Source: Candidatus Woesebacteria bacterium RBG_16_42_24 (lineage in GTDB: Bacteria; Patescibacteriota; Microgenomatia; UBA8517). Taken from it: a stretch of DNA of 64,000 nucleotides. The stretch's first letter is position 1. Every line of letters begins with the position of its first letter. The DNA lies in assembly GCA_001792115.1 (NCBI GenBank), contig MGFX01000002.1, forward strand, positions 4,965 to 68,964, given 5' to 3'. The notes under the pieces were generated by a model. That model was not told the origin of the DNA and did not search any database. It saw only the letters and a list, made by a program, of their open reading frames with translations. The translations under genes and the position numbers were made by a program. Shown piece after piece: positions 29,312 to 39,389 of the stretch.

Positions 29312-30690
29312 TTTGGCCTCCAGATTTCATAACCGTCGATCTTATCGGTTAATTTGTAATTTTCCATGATAAATTTATTTAGATGAGGAGGTTTATAGGA
29401 CCCGAGCCCAGACTCCCGATACTCTCCTTGGACTATTAGCTTGGGTTGCGAGATTTCCAAACTCACTGCCATCGCATCTTGAATGAATGGAATCTCCAAA
29501 TACCAAGGAATATAAGGCACGTGTGGTCTAGTTCCCGGAATTGTATCGGTTAGTACATAAAGACTATCCCAAGCATTAGCCACATATATTTCATCGTCTT
29601 TTTCAGTATTTTCTCTTACGTAATCTGCTACTTTTAGGACTTCTGGTTCAAAAAATCTAGTTCCGCCCCCAAAGTCTCTTACCAATTGTCGTGAAACAAC
29701 CACTGCAAATAGTAAAAGGCTAATTGCTAACGCTATTCTTTCTACCGACTTCAATTTTGAAAGATTTGATGCAACAACTCCCAAACCAATCGCTAAAAAT
29801 GGCAAGGCTGGTTGGAAATGAAACAACTCCCAGCGGGGAAATACCCCGAACGCGGCGAAAATGGCCCAAGGAAGAAGGTTCCGAACCTTCTTCAATCTCA
29901 AATTGGCTAAAACCAACGCAAGATACGGGAGTGTCGCGATAATAAATTGTCTTAGCGTCGGGAAGTGAATTTGTCCGGAAGAGGCTGGCAGTCGGGTTAT
30001 CCCAAATTTGATTGCCCATAGCCAAAAGTCCCCCCAAATCCCAAAAATTGATAATAAAATGAAGGATACAACTCCTATTAATCCCGCTCCAATGACAAAT
30101 TTTTTAACCCCCTTTAAGGGTTGAACCTTTAAAGCTGCTCGCAAGAATGTAAAGGCAATCGGAGGGAGAAACCAAAATGCGGTTTGTTTTGTGAAAAAAG
30201 CTGCCCCCCACCAAATCCCAGCCCACAAATAATTTTTTCTTTCCAGGTTGTAATAAATTGCAAGTGCTAATGGGGCCAAGGCCAAATCAAACCAGAGACC
30301 ATTTCCTCCATAAAAAATCTGTAAGGGTATATAGAAAAGTACTGCCAGAAGTGCGATCTTTTTAGCGCGAAGCGCCAAGCTTTGCTTATCCCAAAGTCGC
30401 CTTGCCACCCAAAAAAGCAAAAAATCCGTAGCTAAAATTAGTATCCAGGTGTAGGCTTTGAGCTGAACGAGTCCCAAACCGAAAATTTTATAAAAAATGG
30501 TTAAATCAACTAAAAGAAGTGGGGTATGGGCTATTGCAATGTCACGATAAGGAAACCAACCTTTGAGTATTAAATAAGGCCAAAATGTCATTTCGGGCCA
30601 AGCGGTAAATTTGAGAGTCAGAAGCAAAATTAAATGAAATAGTAGGATAAAAAAAATAAGTCTTTTGGCGCCTATTAAAGCCTTTAGCAT
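29308..30690 (-). CDS. Polytopic membrane protein, possible GT-C family
   Basis: Hydrophobic multi-TM ORF that overlaps the preceding GT4 by 4 nt. Confidence 0.4.
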   Translation of the reverse strand: MLKALIGAKRLIFFILLFHLILLLTLKFTAWPEMTFWPYLILKGWFPYRDIAIAHTPLLLVDLTIFYKIFGLGLVQLKAYTWILILATDFLLFWVARRLWDKQSLALRAKKIALLAVLFYIPLQIFYGGNGLWFDLALAPLALAIYYNLERKNYLWAGIWWGAAFFTKQTAFWFLPPIAFTFLRAALKVQPLKGVKKFVIGAGLIGVVSFILLSIFGIWGDFWLWAIKFGITRLPASSGQIHFPTLRQFIIATLPYLALVLANLRLKKVRNLLPWAIFAAFGVFPRWELFHFQPALPFLAIGLGVVASNLSKLKSVERIALAISLLLFAVVVSRQLVRDFGGGTRFFEPEVLKVADYVRENTEKDDEIYVANAWDSLYVLTDTIPGTRPHVPYIPWYLEIPFIQDAMAVSLEISQPKLIVQGEYRESGLGSYKPPHLNKFIMENYKLTDKIDGYEIWRPK

Positions 30691-30718
30691 TATTCTATTT
30701 TAACCTTTTTACCTCAAT

Positions 30719-30747
30719 TTGACTAAATAGCAAGCTTCACGCATTAT
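30719..30747 (+). promoter_or_regulatory. Candidate sigma70-like promoter for asnB (TTGACT-17-CATTAT)
   Basis: TTGACT at 30719-30724, a 17-nt spacer, then CATTAT at 30742-30747, with the ATG at 30759. Identified by eye only. Confidence 0.25.
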
Positions 30748-30758
30748 TATCTTAATTT

Positions 30759-32645
30759 ATGTGCGGAATAGCAGGAAAAGTGTATTTTGACTCAAGGGTT
30801 GTTACACCTGTGCAATTAAGGCAATTGTCTGAAAAAATCATCCATCGAGGACCCGACGATGACGGGGTTTATGTAAGCGGCGACAAGAAAGTTGGGTTAG
30901 TAAACCGTCGCCTGGCAATCATCGACTTATCAAAAGCCGGACACCAGCCGATGATTTACAAAAACCGCTACGCAATTACCTATAACGGAGAGGTTTATAA
31001 CTTCCAGGAAGAAAGACGCAAGTTAGAAAAAGAAGGTTACGTCTTCAAATCAAATACTGATACCGAGGTGATCCTTGCCCTCTATGACAAATACGGAGTG
31101 TCCTTTTTAAAAAGACTTCGGGGGATGTTTGCTTTTGCAATCTATGACGATAAAGAAAAAACTTTGTTTCTTGCCAGAGACAGAATTGGTAAAAAGCCTT
31201 TAAAGTATTTCATTAAGGGTGGTACTTTTATCTTCGCATCAGAGCTAAAAGCGATTCTTACCCAACACGAAGTCAAAAGAGCTATTGACTACAATGCAAT
31301 ACAATTTTACTTAGTCTACGGCTACACTCCGGCACCCCTTACCGGTTTTGAGGGTATCAAGAAGCTTCAACCCGGTCACTACATACTAATGAACTTAAGG
31401 CGAAAAACATTTGAAGTCAAAAGATATTGGGAACCGGTTTTCAGAAATAAGCTTCGCTTAACGGAGAGTGAGTGGTGCGACAGGATTCTTGAAACCTTAG
31501 AAGAATCTACCAGACTTCGAATGATTTCGGACGTACCTATCGGAGCTTTTATCTCCGGAGGAGCTGACTCGAGCGGAGTGGTTTATGCCATGAGCAAATT
31601 CTCGGATAAGCCCATAAATACTTTTACAATTGTTTTCGAAGACAAAAGGTGGAGCGAGGCTAAATACGCAAGGGGCGTTGCCAAAAAATTCGAGACCAAC
31701 CACCACGAACTTTTGGCAAAACCTGAGAATGTCGAAATCCTTCCTGAACTTGCCCATCAGTACGAAGAACCTTTTGCGGATGCCAGCAACGTTATTACTT
31801 ATATGGTTAGCCGTCTTGCCAGAAAGTATGTCACTGTCGTTTTAAACGGAGATGGAGGGGATGAGCTTTTTGCCGGATACCCTAATAGGTATTTTAGGCT
31901 GAAAAGGGACGTAGATTTTTACGAATGGATAAACAGAGTCAGACCAATGGCGGTTACTGGTTTAAAAGGATTACAGAAAATCTCTAAAAGCGCACTGCTT
32001 ACAAGGTCAACCAATTTCTTTGAAAAATCGAGGCTTCCGCTTTATCAGCGCTTTGCCTCCTATAACCAAATATTTTCTTTTGAAGAAATCGTCAACATGT
32101 CTAAGGACGCGTTGGTCAAGGTCAATAGCACCCAGAATCCGTACGCAATTGTAGAAAATAGTTTCAGAATGTTTAAAGGCAAGGACCTTAAAGATGCAGG
32201 GTTGAAATTCGACCTTTTATACTGGCTGCCGGATGACCTTTTGGCCAAAGTTGACATCGCTTCCATGGCGAGCTCTCTTGAAGCCCGCTCTCCCCTACTG
32301 GACCATCATATGATAGAGCTTGCAGGCAAAATTCCTTTCAGATTAAAGGTAAAAAATGGAGAGAGTAAATACATCTTCAAAAAGGCTCTTGAGAGAGTCG
32401 TTCCTCGGGAAAATTTATACAGGCCCAAGATGGGCTTTGGGGTTCCCCTCCATATTTGGTTCTCCGGGAAATTAAATAGTTATACAAAGGGAGTTCTACT
32501 TTCCAAAAAGGCAAAGATTAAAGGGTTAATTAGACAAGATGTTATCAAAAATATGCTTGAGGGTCATTCGGAAACCAGTGATTTCGGCCCACGCCTCTGG
32601 GCTCTACTTTCATTGGAGCTCTGGTTACGAAGGTTCTTCGACTAA
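30759..32645 (+). CDS. asnB: Asparagine synthase (glutamine-hydrolysing) family amidotransferase (AsnB/WbpS-like)
   Basis: MCGIAG N-terminal nucleophile start, a PP-loop SGGADSS, and a full-length 628 aa. Confidence 0.85.
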   Translation: MCGIAGKVYFDSRVVTPVQLRQLSEKIIHRGPDDDGVYVSGDKKVGLVNRRLAIIDLSKAGHQPMIYKNRYAITYNGEVYNFQEERRKLEKEGYVFKSNTDTEVILALYDKYGVSFLKRLRGMFAFAIYDDKEKTLFLARDRIGKKPLKYFIKGGTFIFASELKAILTQHEVKRAIDYNAIQFYLVYGYTPAPLTGFEGIKKLQPGHYILMNLRRKTFEVKRYWEPVFRNKLRLTESEWCDRILETLEESTRLRMISDVPIGAFISGGADSSGVVYAMSKFSDKPINTFTIVFEDKRWSEAKYARGVAKKFETNHHELLAKPENVEILPELAHQYEEPFADASNVITYMVSRLARKYVTVVLNGDGGDELFAGYPNRYFRLKRDVDFYEWINRVRPMAVTGLKGLQKISKSALLTRSTNFFEKSRLPLYQRFASYNQIFSFEEIVNMSKDALVKVNSTQNPYAIVENSFRMFKGKDLKDAGLKFDLLYWLPDDLLAKVDIASMASSLEARSPLLDHHMIELAGKIPFRLKVKNGESKYIFKKALERVVPRENLYRPKMGFGVPLHIWFSGKLNSYTKGVLLSKKAKIKGLIRQDVIKNMLEGHSETSDFGPRLWALLSLELWLRRFFD

Positions 32646-34097
32646 TAGCACTCCTTTTTCTTCTATAAACTTATACTTGAAACCTTTTAATCTCTCGCTT
32701 CTTAGAAAAAGTTGAAGAGTTTCCGATTCATAAACAAACTTCATATCCTCACCCATTTCGGCTTCTTCTAGCCCAATTTCAGATCCTCTTGTAATTTCTC
32801 TATTTTGGGAAACTTCTTCTATTTTTTTTGTGACACCAATTACTTTTCCTTTGAGCTCGTTTTTCCATGTGTATTGAATCAAAAAACAGTTATCCATAAA
32901 TAACTTATTAAGCTTAAAGACCCCGATAGCCAAAATTAAAATGAAATAAATATTGAAAATTTTAAGCCAGACTTTTGGCCTCTTCATCAGCCGGCTTTTA
33001 ACTGCTGAGTGTACTTCGAAAAGTAAGAAAGTTAGGCCCATAAAAAGAAAAAATGCCGCGATATAAACGTAATAATTAGAAACTCTTTTCTCAAAGAGTA
33101 GGGAGGGTCCTAAAAAAGCAAAAAATGATATAAGAAAGGGGGTCATTATAGCCTTTCTCTTTATCAAATCGAAGAAAATAAACGATAAGAATAATACTAT
33201 TAAGGCTATTAGGGAAGACTCAACAATCGGAAACAAATAACCTCCATAGAAAAGGAAATTTTCAGCTATGGCGGGGGTATTGACGCCAATTTTATATGAA
33301 TCTTGACTCGGAAGGCTTCGATAGTTAAGAAAGCCGGTTGCGTAAGTAAATAGATAAATAATAAAAATGACCGCAAACGGTAAGAGTGCTCGTATAACCC
33401 TAGCAAAATTAAGGCGAGAGACATTGTTGTGGTAAAAGACAGTAATCGCGCCCAGAGAAATTGGGAGAACGAAAGTAATCTCCTTGGTTAGTATGGCGAG
33501 AATATAGAAAAAGATTGTCCAAATGTAAGTTTTTTCTTCCTTTTTGAGCCACTTAACCCACAAGAAAGTTGAAAGAAGGACAAATGTCGCCCCCATAATC
33601 TCGTGCATATTTGAAATCCAGGTCAGGTAATATGAACCCACAATAAAGGCAGAAAACACTGCAAACGAGGTTTTCTTTAACTTTTGGACTATTAGGTAAA
33701 AGAGCAAAACATTGGCCGAGTGCAAAATAAAATTAGCCGCAAGGAAAGCTTCGGTTTTTATACTAAAGAGTTGAAATATAGCCTTAAAAAGCCAGAATGC
33801 TCCGATAATCCTGTGTCCCACCCAAATTCCCCCAGCCGTAAAAGCCATTCTTGCTATATCAAAATAAGAGTTTTCATTTACAAGGCGTAAGTGTGCAAAA
33901 TCATCGGACAGAAAAAATGGGTCGTTTCTCAAAAGCCGAATAAAAATGACGGTAGGGGGTAGAAGAATTAACAAAAAACTAAAATATTTATTTTTAAATA
34001 GGCGGGAAATGAAGTTATAAAAAACTATTACAGGAAGTGAATATTGAAGGAGAAGTGGTATTTTTACCCCAAAAACTAAGTAACAAATTCTATCCAT
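32625..34097 (-). CDS. Polytopic membrane protein, hypothetical
   Basis: Multi-TM ORF whose end overlaps asnB convergently by 21 nt. Confidence 0.4.
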   Translation of the reverse strand: MDRICYLVFGVKIPLLLQYSLPVIVFYNFISRLFKNKYFSFLLILLPPTVIFIRLLRNDPFFLSDDFAHLRLVNENSYFDIARMAFTAGGIWVGHRIIGAFWLFKAIFQLFSIKTEAFLAANFILHSANVLLFYLIVQKLKKTSFAVFSAFIVGSYYLTWISNMHEIMGATFVLLSTFLWVKWLKKEEKTYIWTIFFYILAILTKEITFVLPISLGAITVFYHNNVSRLNFARVIRALLPFAVIFIIYLFTYATGFLNYRSLPSQDSYKIGVNTPAIAENFLFYGGYLFPIVESSLIALIVLFLSFIFFDLIKRKAIMTPFLISFFAFLGPSLLFEKRVSNYYVYIAAFFLFMGLTFLLFEVHSAVKSRLMKRPKVWLKIFNIYFILILAIGVFKLNKLFMDNCFLIQYTWKNELKGKVIGVTKKIEEVSQNREITRGSEIGLEEAEMGEDMKFVYESETLQLFLRSERLKGFKYKFIEEKGVLLVEEPS

Positions 34098-34889
34098 TTA
34101 CCCCTCTTTCCTAACCTCGACCAATAAATGTGGTCCCCATAAGTAAAATGGGTAAATAAACCTACTTCCCAAAAATCGAAAAAACTTCTGAATAAAGCTT
34201 GCACTGAGTAATTCCTCCCTCCAGCAAGAAGAAAAATATTCTATTAAAAGTCCTCTATCCTGAAGAAACTTTATAAGGGAACCCAGATAAGGTTCGATGG
34301 TGGTATCCCAATCGATTTCATATTTCTCACTTGTTGCAATAGGTTCTACTTTATTCCAATTTAAGCCTGATTTTGGGAAAAAATCGAGGACAAATCCTCT
34401 TATAAGCTTTATTATTCTATTCCCCTTAAAGGGCGGGGAGGCTCTATTGGGCGCACCGAAGTTGGGAGCAACTATTAAAAGACTCCCACCTTTCCTAAGT
34501 ACTCTTATACCTTCTTTCAATGCAGTCTCAGGACTTTCTAGATGTTCAAAAACAAAAGCGCAGTAGACAAGCTCAAAACTCTCATTTCTAAAGGGTAATT
34601 CCTCTAAATCTCCTTGCCTAAAATCTAACTTCGGATATTTCTTTTTCGCAAGCTCAATCGCCTTCCGGCTAATATCAATACCGACCGCTTTTTGAGCTCT
34701 TTTGGCTAACAAGTTTAAGCGCGTTCCCTCTCCACAACCCATGTCGAGTATTGAGCTTACCTGACCTGCAAGCCTAGAAAGTCTTTTCATGGCAGGATGA
34801 GAAGTCTCTGAGCTGCCGCATCTTGCTGCGAGGTAATAATCTTTTTTACTCCAAACCTCTTTCCTTAGTACCCTGCTTTTGAACCCCAT
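34098..34889 (-). CDS. Class I SAM-dependent methyltransferase
   Basis: ILDMGCGEGTRLNLL...FELVYCAFVFEHLESPETALKEGIRVLRKGGSLLIVAPN. Confidence 0.75.
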   Translation of the reverse strand: MGFKSRVLRKEVWSKKDYYLAARCGSSETSHPAMKRLSRLAGQVSSILDMGCGEGTRLNLLAKRAQKAVGIDISRKAIELAKKKYPKLDFRQGDLEELPFRNESFELVYCAFVFEHLESPETALKEGIRVLRKGGSLLIVAPNFGAPNRASPPFKGNRIIKLIRGFVLDFFPKSGLNWNKVEPIATSEKYEIDWDTTIEPYLGSLIKFLQDRGLLIEYFSSCWREELLSASFIQKFFRFLGSRFIYPFYLWGPHLLVEVRKEG

Positions 34890-35704
34890 ACCTTTCTTTT
34901 TATCTTTCTTAAAGGAGTCTCAAGAATCGCTCTTGCTTGAAATGCTGGGCTCATTTCCCCCCATGGGGAGGGAACAATATTTGGCCGGTCTCTAAAAAAA
35001 ACTTCGGGATAGTAATAATCCAATGGAAAAGATAAACCCAACTCGTATTTGAGCTTTTTAGATCTTTTGGCAACTGCCAGGTCCTCACCCTTACTACCTG
35101 CTCTTTGCAAAAATGAAAAATGAAGGTATGGGGCTTCCATATACTTTATTTTTGCCGGGTCTCTATCTTGAACCATTTTCCCTTCCTCATCCGCCCAACC
35201 CCAAGTCCCATGAGGATTTACAGAATGCAAACCAGGAATTCCTCTTTTAAAAGCCCTTTGATTGTAATGGCCAACTCTTCCAGAAAATTTATACATTCCT
35301 GCCGCCTTTTCTTGGTAATGGAAAATATCTCCAACAACAAGAAAGTTCGGAACAACTATCGACTCTATACTGTTACCATGCTGTCTTATTGTTTCTGTAA
35401 CTTTCTTGATTGAGTCCTCCCACCAAACCTCGTCGCCGTCGAGAATAATAAACCAGTCCGAATCTGTTTGGTTTAGCATCTCTTGTCGAACTAAAGTGAA
35501 ATCATCCGCACTTTCTTGCTTAACCTGCCGAAAGCCTATTTTTTCAGGAAATCGATTTATCAGCTTTTTGCAGATTTCAAGAGTTCCATCAGTACTTCCT
35601 GTATCCCAAAGAAGAACCTTGTCAACGAAGGGGGCGACACTCGCGACCGAGTACCAAAGGTACCTTTCTTCATTTTTGACTAAAGTGTGAGCCCAAATAG
35701 ACAT
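34865..35704 (-). CDS. Putative GT-A fold glycosyltransferase
   Basis: IWAHTLVKNEERYLWYSVASVAPFVDKVLLWDTGSTDGT and a DxD-like ILDGDEVWW. Confidence 0.5.
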   Translation of the reverse strand: MSIWAHTLVKNEERYLWYSVASVAPFVDKVLLWDTGSTDGTLEICKKLINRFPEKIGFRQVKQESADDFTLVRQEMLNQTDSDWFIILDGDEVWWEDSIKKVTETIRQHGNSIESIVVPNFLVVGDIFHYQEKAAGMYKFSGRVGHYNQRAFKRGIPGLHSVNPHGTWGWADEEGKMVQDRDPAKIKYMEAPYLHFSFLQRAGSKGEDLAVAKRSKKLKYELGLSFPLDYYYPEVFFRDRPNIVPSPWGEMSPAFQARAILETPLRKIKRKVWGSKAGY

Positions 35705-35788
35705 AGATAATAATATCCAAACTCAAAATTCTAAACTTTAATTAAGTCTAAAATTCAAATTTGAAATTTCCAAATTAAATATTTGAAA

Positions 35789-37090
35789 CTATTTTGAAAT
35801 TAGAGTTTTGGGTTTTGGATTTACCCAATAGTGCCTAAAAACTATTATCCAGGAATAAACCGCAAGGATTGTGTTTACCACAAAAAAGGCTACCAGAGGT
35901 CCAAAAGCCCCAAGTTTAGGAATAAGGAGGATATTTATTAAAAAAATCGCGGCTAACTGGAAAAAGGAAAAGTAGCCGATATAAACCGGTCTTTTAATCG
36001 AGTAGATTATGGCAGTTACGGGAGGCGTCGCCAAAACAAAAGGGATAAGCGAGCCAACAAACGCCCTAAAAATTGGAACCGCTTCTTCATACTTTTGCCC
36101 AAAAAGAAATGTTACAAAAGGTCTGGCAATAATCATCCAAACTACCATCCCAAAAACAATTACTAACGTCGCGAGTGTTGCTTTTATAATGTAGACTTTT
36201 TCCTTGTGCCTATCTTCAAAGGAGGAAAGTCTTGGAGCCATCACATTTGAAAGGCTTGAGGTAAGAACCGCTATAAAAAGGGCCAGACGTTGAGCAATTG
36301 AATATTGGCCCGTTATTGTAGCCCCCGACATAACAGCCAACATTTGTACGTCAAGCCTGCCCGAGATCGCAGAAACCACCCTATTTACTCCAACCCATCC
36401 GGAAAAACGAAGAAGTTTTGAGTAAACTTCTTTTGGAGTATCCACCTTCAGAAAGGACGGCCCGAGCAGTAATACACCCAAAACTGCTGCGGCTAGACCT
36501 CCCACTGTAAAAGAAAGAAACGAGGTGTTAAGGGTAAGAACGCCTGCAACAAAAAAAACGTAAACCGACAAAGCTCTAACAATGCCTATTGTAAGATCAA
36601 CCGAAACTGAGGCGATAAAGCGCTTGTAAGCCTGAAGTGCCGTAGGAAAATAAGCCCAAAAAAGAAGCCCGAAAGAAAGAGCCACACTCCAATAAATCAC
36701 TGACATATCTTCGCTTGCAAGAAGCTTCTTTACCGAAGGTGCAAATGCCAAAACAAGAAGAGATAGAAGCGATGTGGCTGCAACTCTTACAACAAGTGAC
36801 GCCTTCAAAAATCTATGAGAGTTTTTTGTGTCCCCCTTGGCCTGGAAATTCGCAACAAAAGTAACAAGCCCCGCGGAGATCCCGACATCGGCGAGGGAAG
36901 AGATGATAGCTATCAGGTTATTGACGGCAGAAAAAACTCCGAAATCACCGACTGATAATCCTCTCGCAATAATTAAGGTAAACAAAAAACCCAGAAAGGC
37001 AGAGGCCACGTTTCCGGCAAATAGAACGTACGTATCTTTTGCTGACTGGGATTTCGCAAGTCCGACAGCCCTATCAATATAAGCCCTCAT
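35789..37090 (-). CDS. Polysaccharide/oligosaccharide flippase (Wzx-like, MOP superfamily)
   Basis: A 12-14 TM protein with GNVASAFLGFLFTLIIARGLSVGDFGVFSAVNNLIAIISSLADVGISAGL, typical of PST-family flippases. Confidence 0.7.
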   Translation of the reverse strand: MRAYIDRAVGLAKSQSAKDTYVLFAGNVASAFLGFLFTLIIARGLSVGDFGVFSAVNNLIAIISSLADVGISAGLVTFVANFQAKGDTKNSHRFLKASLVVRVAATSLLSLLVLAFAPSVKKLLASEDMSVIYWSVALSFGLLFWAYFPTALQAYKRFIASVSVDLTIGIVRALSVYVFFVAGVLTLNTSFLSFTVGGLAAAVLGVLLLGPSFLKVDTPKEVYSKLLRFSGWVGVNRVVSAISGRLDVQMLAVMSGATITGQYSIAQRLALFIAVLTSSLSNVMAPRLSSFEDRHKEKVYIIKATLATLVIVFGMVVWMIIARPFVTFLFGQKYEEAVPIFRAFVGSLIPFVLATPPVTAIIYSIKRPVYIGYFSFFQLAAIFLINILLIPKLGAFGPLVAFFVVNTILAVYSWIIVFRHYWVNPKPKTLISK

Positions 37091-37170
37091 TAGACAAATT
37101 GTAGCTTAGCCGAAGATTATTTTCTAATTTATGTCGACGACTTAGCTGATTAGGTATTAGAAATTAGTAA

Positions 37171-37914
37171 TTAGGAATTGTTACGATACTTGAAGCCTGT
37201 GCCCTTTTTAAGGAGTAACTTAACCCCCTCCTTCAAATAGTAAAAAGGGCTATCCAGATAAAAAAGAACAGATCCTCTTTTTAACTTGCTTTTATTTCTT
37301 TTAACAAAACCTTTGTATTCATGAATTAATTCATGAAAGTGAAGGGTCCGAACTTCCTTATGGTCAATTTTGTCTTCCCAATAATACACAAACTCCTCCT
37401 CTCCGCTCCAATGGGTAAAATGGAAGTTGCTTGAGTAAAGAAGTGGGTAGTTTTTTGGGACAACGTAGATCACCTCACCCTTTTCATAGAATAACCATTT
37501 ATGATGAGCCTGTCCCGGCACTCTTCTTGAACCTGTAAGCCAGTCAGTGAAGTTTATGTGGGAAAAAACCATATCGGCGCCCATTGAAGGTGTAACAATA
37601 AGTCCTCTTTTTGCAACCCTAGACATCTCTTCGATTGCCAAAAATGGATAGCTCAAATCCTCGAGCGTGTGTGAACATATACAAAAATCGAATTCTTTAT
37701 CAGCAAAGGGCAGTTTATCCCTAGTTACATCTACTTTGACGAAATTTTTAGCTCTAAGTTTAGTTGGACCATATGGCGCTTCTTCTGGACTGATAATATC
37801 TACGAGCGTGTCCACCCGGATTTCGTCTCTTTGTCTCATGCTTCCTCCAATATCCAAAATTCTATCTTTGGGTTTTATTTTGAAGCGGGAAATTACCTCT
37901 CTATCGCTAATCAT
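37171..37914 (-). CDS. Class I SAM-dependent methyltransferase
   Basis: ILDIGGSMRQ...FDFCICSHTLEDLSYPFLAIEEMSRVAKRGLIVTPS. Overlaps the upstream membrane gene by 4 nt. Confidence 0.6.
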   Translation of the reverse strand: MISDREVISRFKIKPKDRILDIGGSMRQRDEIRVDTLVDIISPEEAPYGPTKLRAKNFVKVDVTRDKLPFADKEFDFCICSHTLEDLSYPFLAIEEMSRVAKRGLIVTPSMGADMVFSHINFTDWLTGSRRVPGQAHHKWLFYEKGEVIYVVPKNYPLLYSSNFHFTHWSGEEEFVYYWEDKIDHKEVRTLHFHELIHEYKGFVKRNKSKLKRGSVLFYLDSPFYYLKEGVKLLLKKGTGFKYRNNS

Positions 37915-39389
37915 CTATTTTTCCTGACTAGAAGAACTGCCCGAGCGGGTTCTCTCTCGTATGTCTCATCAGACAAAATCATAAATTCCTTCTTAAATTC
38001 AAAGTTACTGACAATAAATTTATCCTCGATATCTTTTGGGTTCTCAAAAGCTTGCCTCCACTCGGGTCCCATAAAATAGTTTTCATCGTCTATTAAATAA
38101 CTCGTGAGAAATATTGCATCAAACGGGTTTTTTTCTGCCTCAATATCTAGCTGGTCCGGTTTTAAAGGAAACCAGACTGTCTTTCTTTCCCCATACCAAC
38201 TTCCCCATGTGTCAAGATTGGTAACAATGACGTCTTCTGGGCTGGTATTTTCTCTTAGCGTCCTGGAAAGGGTGACGTAAACGGGGGGTTTTCCTTTGTT
38301 GACAATCTTTGCTTTGTGCCTTGAATCAAGAAAAATGACTCCGAGGGTTTGGCCAACTACAAAAACAAAGACCAGCAAACTCGAAACCAGAATTCTGGCT
38401 TTGTTTTTGTTAATACCTAAACCCAAAATCCTAAATCCTAATCCCTCCACTATCCAAACCAGCGTCGCTACTGCGAAAAGATAAACCAACGGAACCACTG
38501 GGTGAAGATATCTAAAAAGGGGAATAGTTAAGGCTGCAACTAAAAAAGTAGCTACAACCATAAAAATTGTTGAAATCTTTAGATAGTTTTCTATTTTGTT
38601 TTTTGACCACATAAATAACCCAATTATAAAAAGCGCCCACATATAGGGCGAGGTAATCTGGGGTAGAAGTTTGTAGAAATTATAGAGATTATAAAAAACC
38701 TTTTTAAATATAGCAATTATGTTTGTTTCCTGCACCGCTCCTCTTAGGGCATCCGATGTGGCCTGACCAGGCAGGTGTTGGGTAACTGCAAATATTCCTT
38801 GCTTGGAAATGAAGAAGTATAGTGCCGATCCTGCGACGAAAGTCGCTATGAAATAACTCAGTGCCTTTTTTATAGGAAAGTTAAGAAGAAAAAATAAAAA
38901 TAAAAGTCCAAAAATATAAATAATCGCCTGAGCGCGTGTGAAATAAACTAAAACTAAAACTAAAAATCCTAAGATATTGGCCCATTTCCTCCTCATGATA
39001 AAAAGATAGGCCCCAAGAATTATCTCGCATGCAAATAATGTCTCGGAAGCGCCGCTTGTGGCATATTCCAGGAAATTTACATTGAAAGCAACTGAGATTG
39101 CTCCCAATAATCCTACGAGCTGTCCCCACAACTTCTTGCCAAGAAGATAAGTTGTCAAAACGAGGAGTAGATAAAAGAAGGATGAGGTTGCTATAACGCT
39201 TAAATCCGAAATTCCGAATATCTTAAAGAATCCCGCAATTGCCAAGGGCATACCTGGTTGTATCACTTGTGCGTTATTTGCACCCCAAAAATTGAAGGAC
39301 GAGGAAAACTCATTCCCTTGAACAATACTTCTGGCTATATCGGCATATTTAGCACCATCTGAAAACGTCAAATAAAGATGGAACATCAT
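37911..39389 (-). CDS. Polytopic membrane protein, possible GT-C glycosyltransferase
   Basis: N-proximal SDGAKYADIARSIVQG followed by 11 or more TM helices. Confidence 0.4.
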   Translation of the reverse strand: MMFHLYLTFSDGAKYADIARSIVQGNEFSSSFNFWGANNAQVIQPGMPLAIAGFFKIFGISDLSVIATSSFFYLLLVLTTYLLGKKLWGQLVGLLGAISVAFNVNFLEYATSGASETLFACEIILGAYLFIMRRKWANILGFLVLVLVYFTRAQAIIYIFGLLFLFFLLNFPIKKALSYFIATFVAGSALYFFISKQGIFAVTQHLPGQATSDALRGAVQETNIIAIFKKVFYNLYNFYKLLPQITSPYMWALFIIGLFMWSKNKIENYLKISTIFMVVATFLVAALTIPLFRYLHPVVPLVYLFAVATLVWIVEGLGFRILGLGINKNKARILVSSLLVFVFVVGQTLGVIFLDSRHKAKIVNKGKPPVYVTLSRTLRENTSPEDVIVTNLDTWGSWYGERKTVWFPLKPDQLDIEAEKNPFDAIFLTSYLIDDENYFMGPEWRQAFENPKDIEDKFIVSNFEFKKEFMILSDETYEREPARAVLLVRKNR

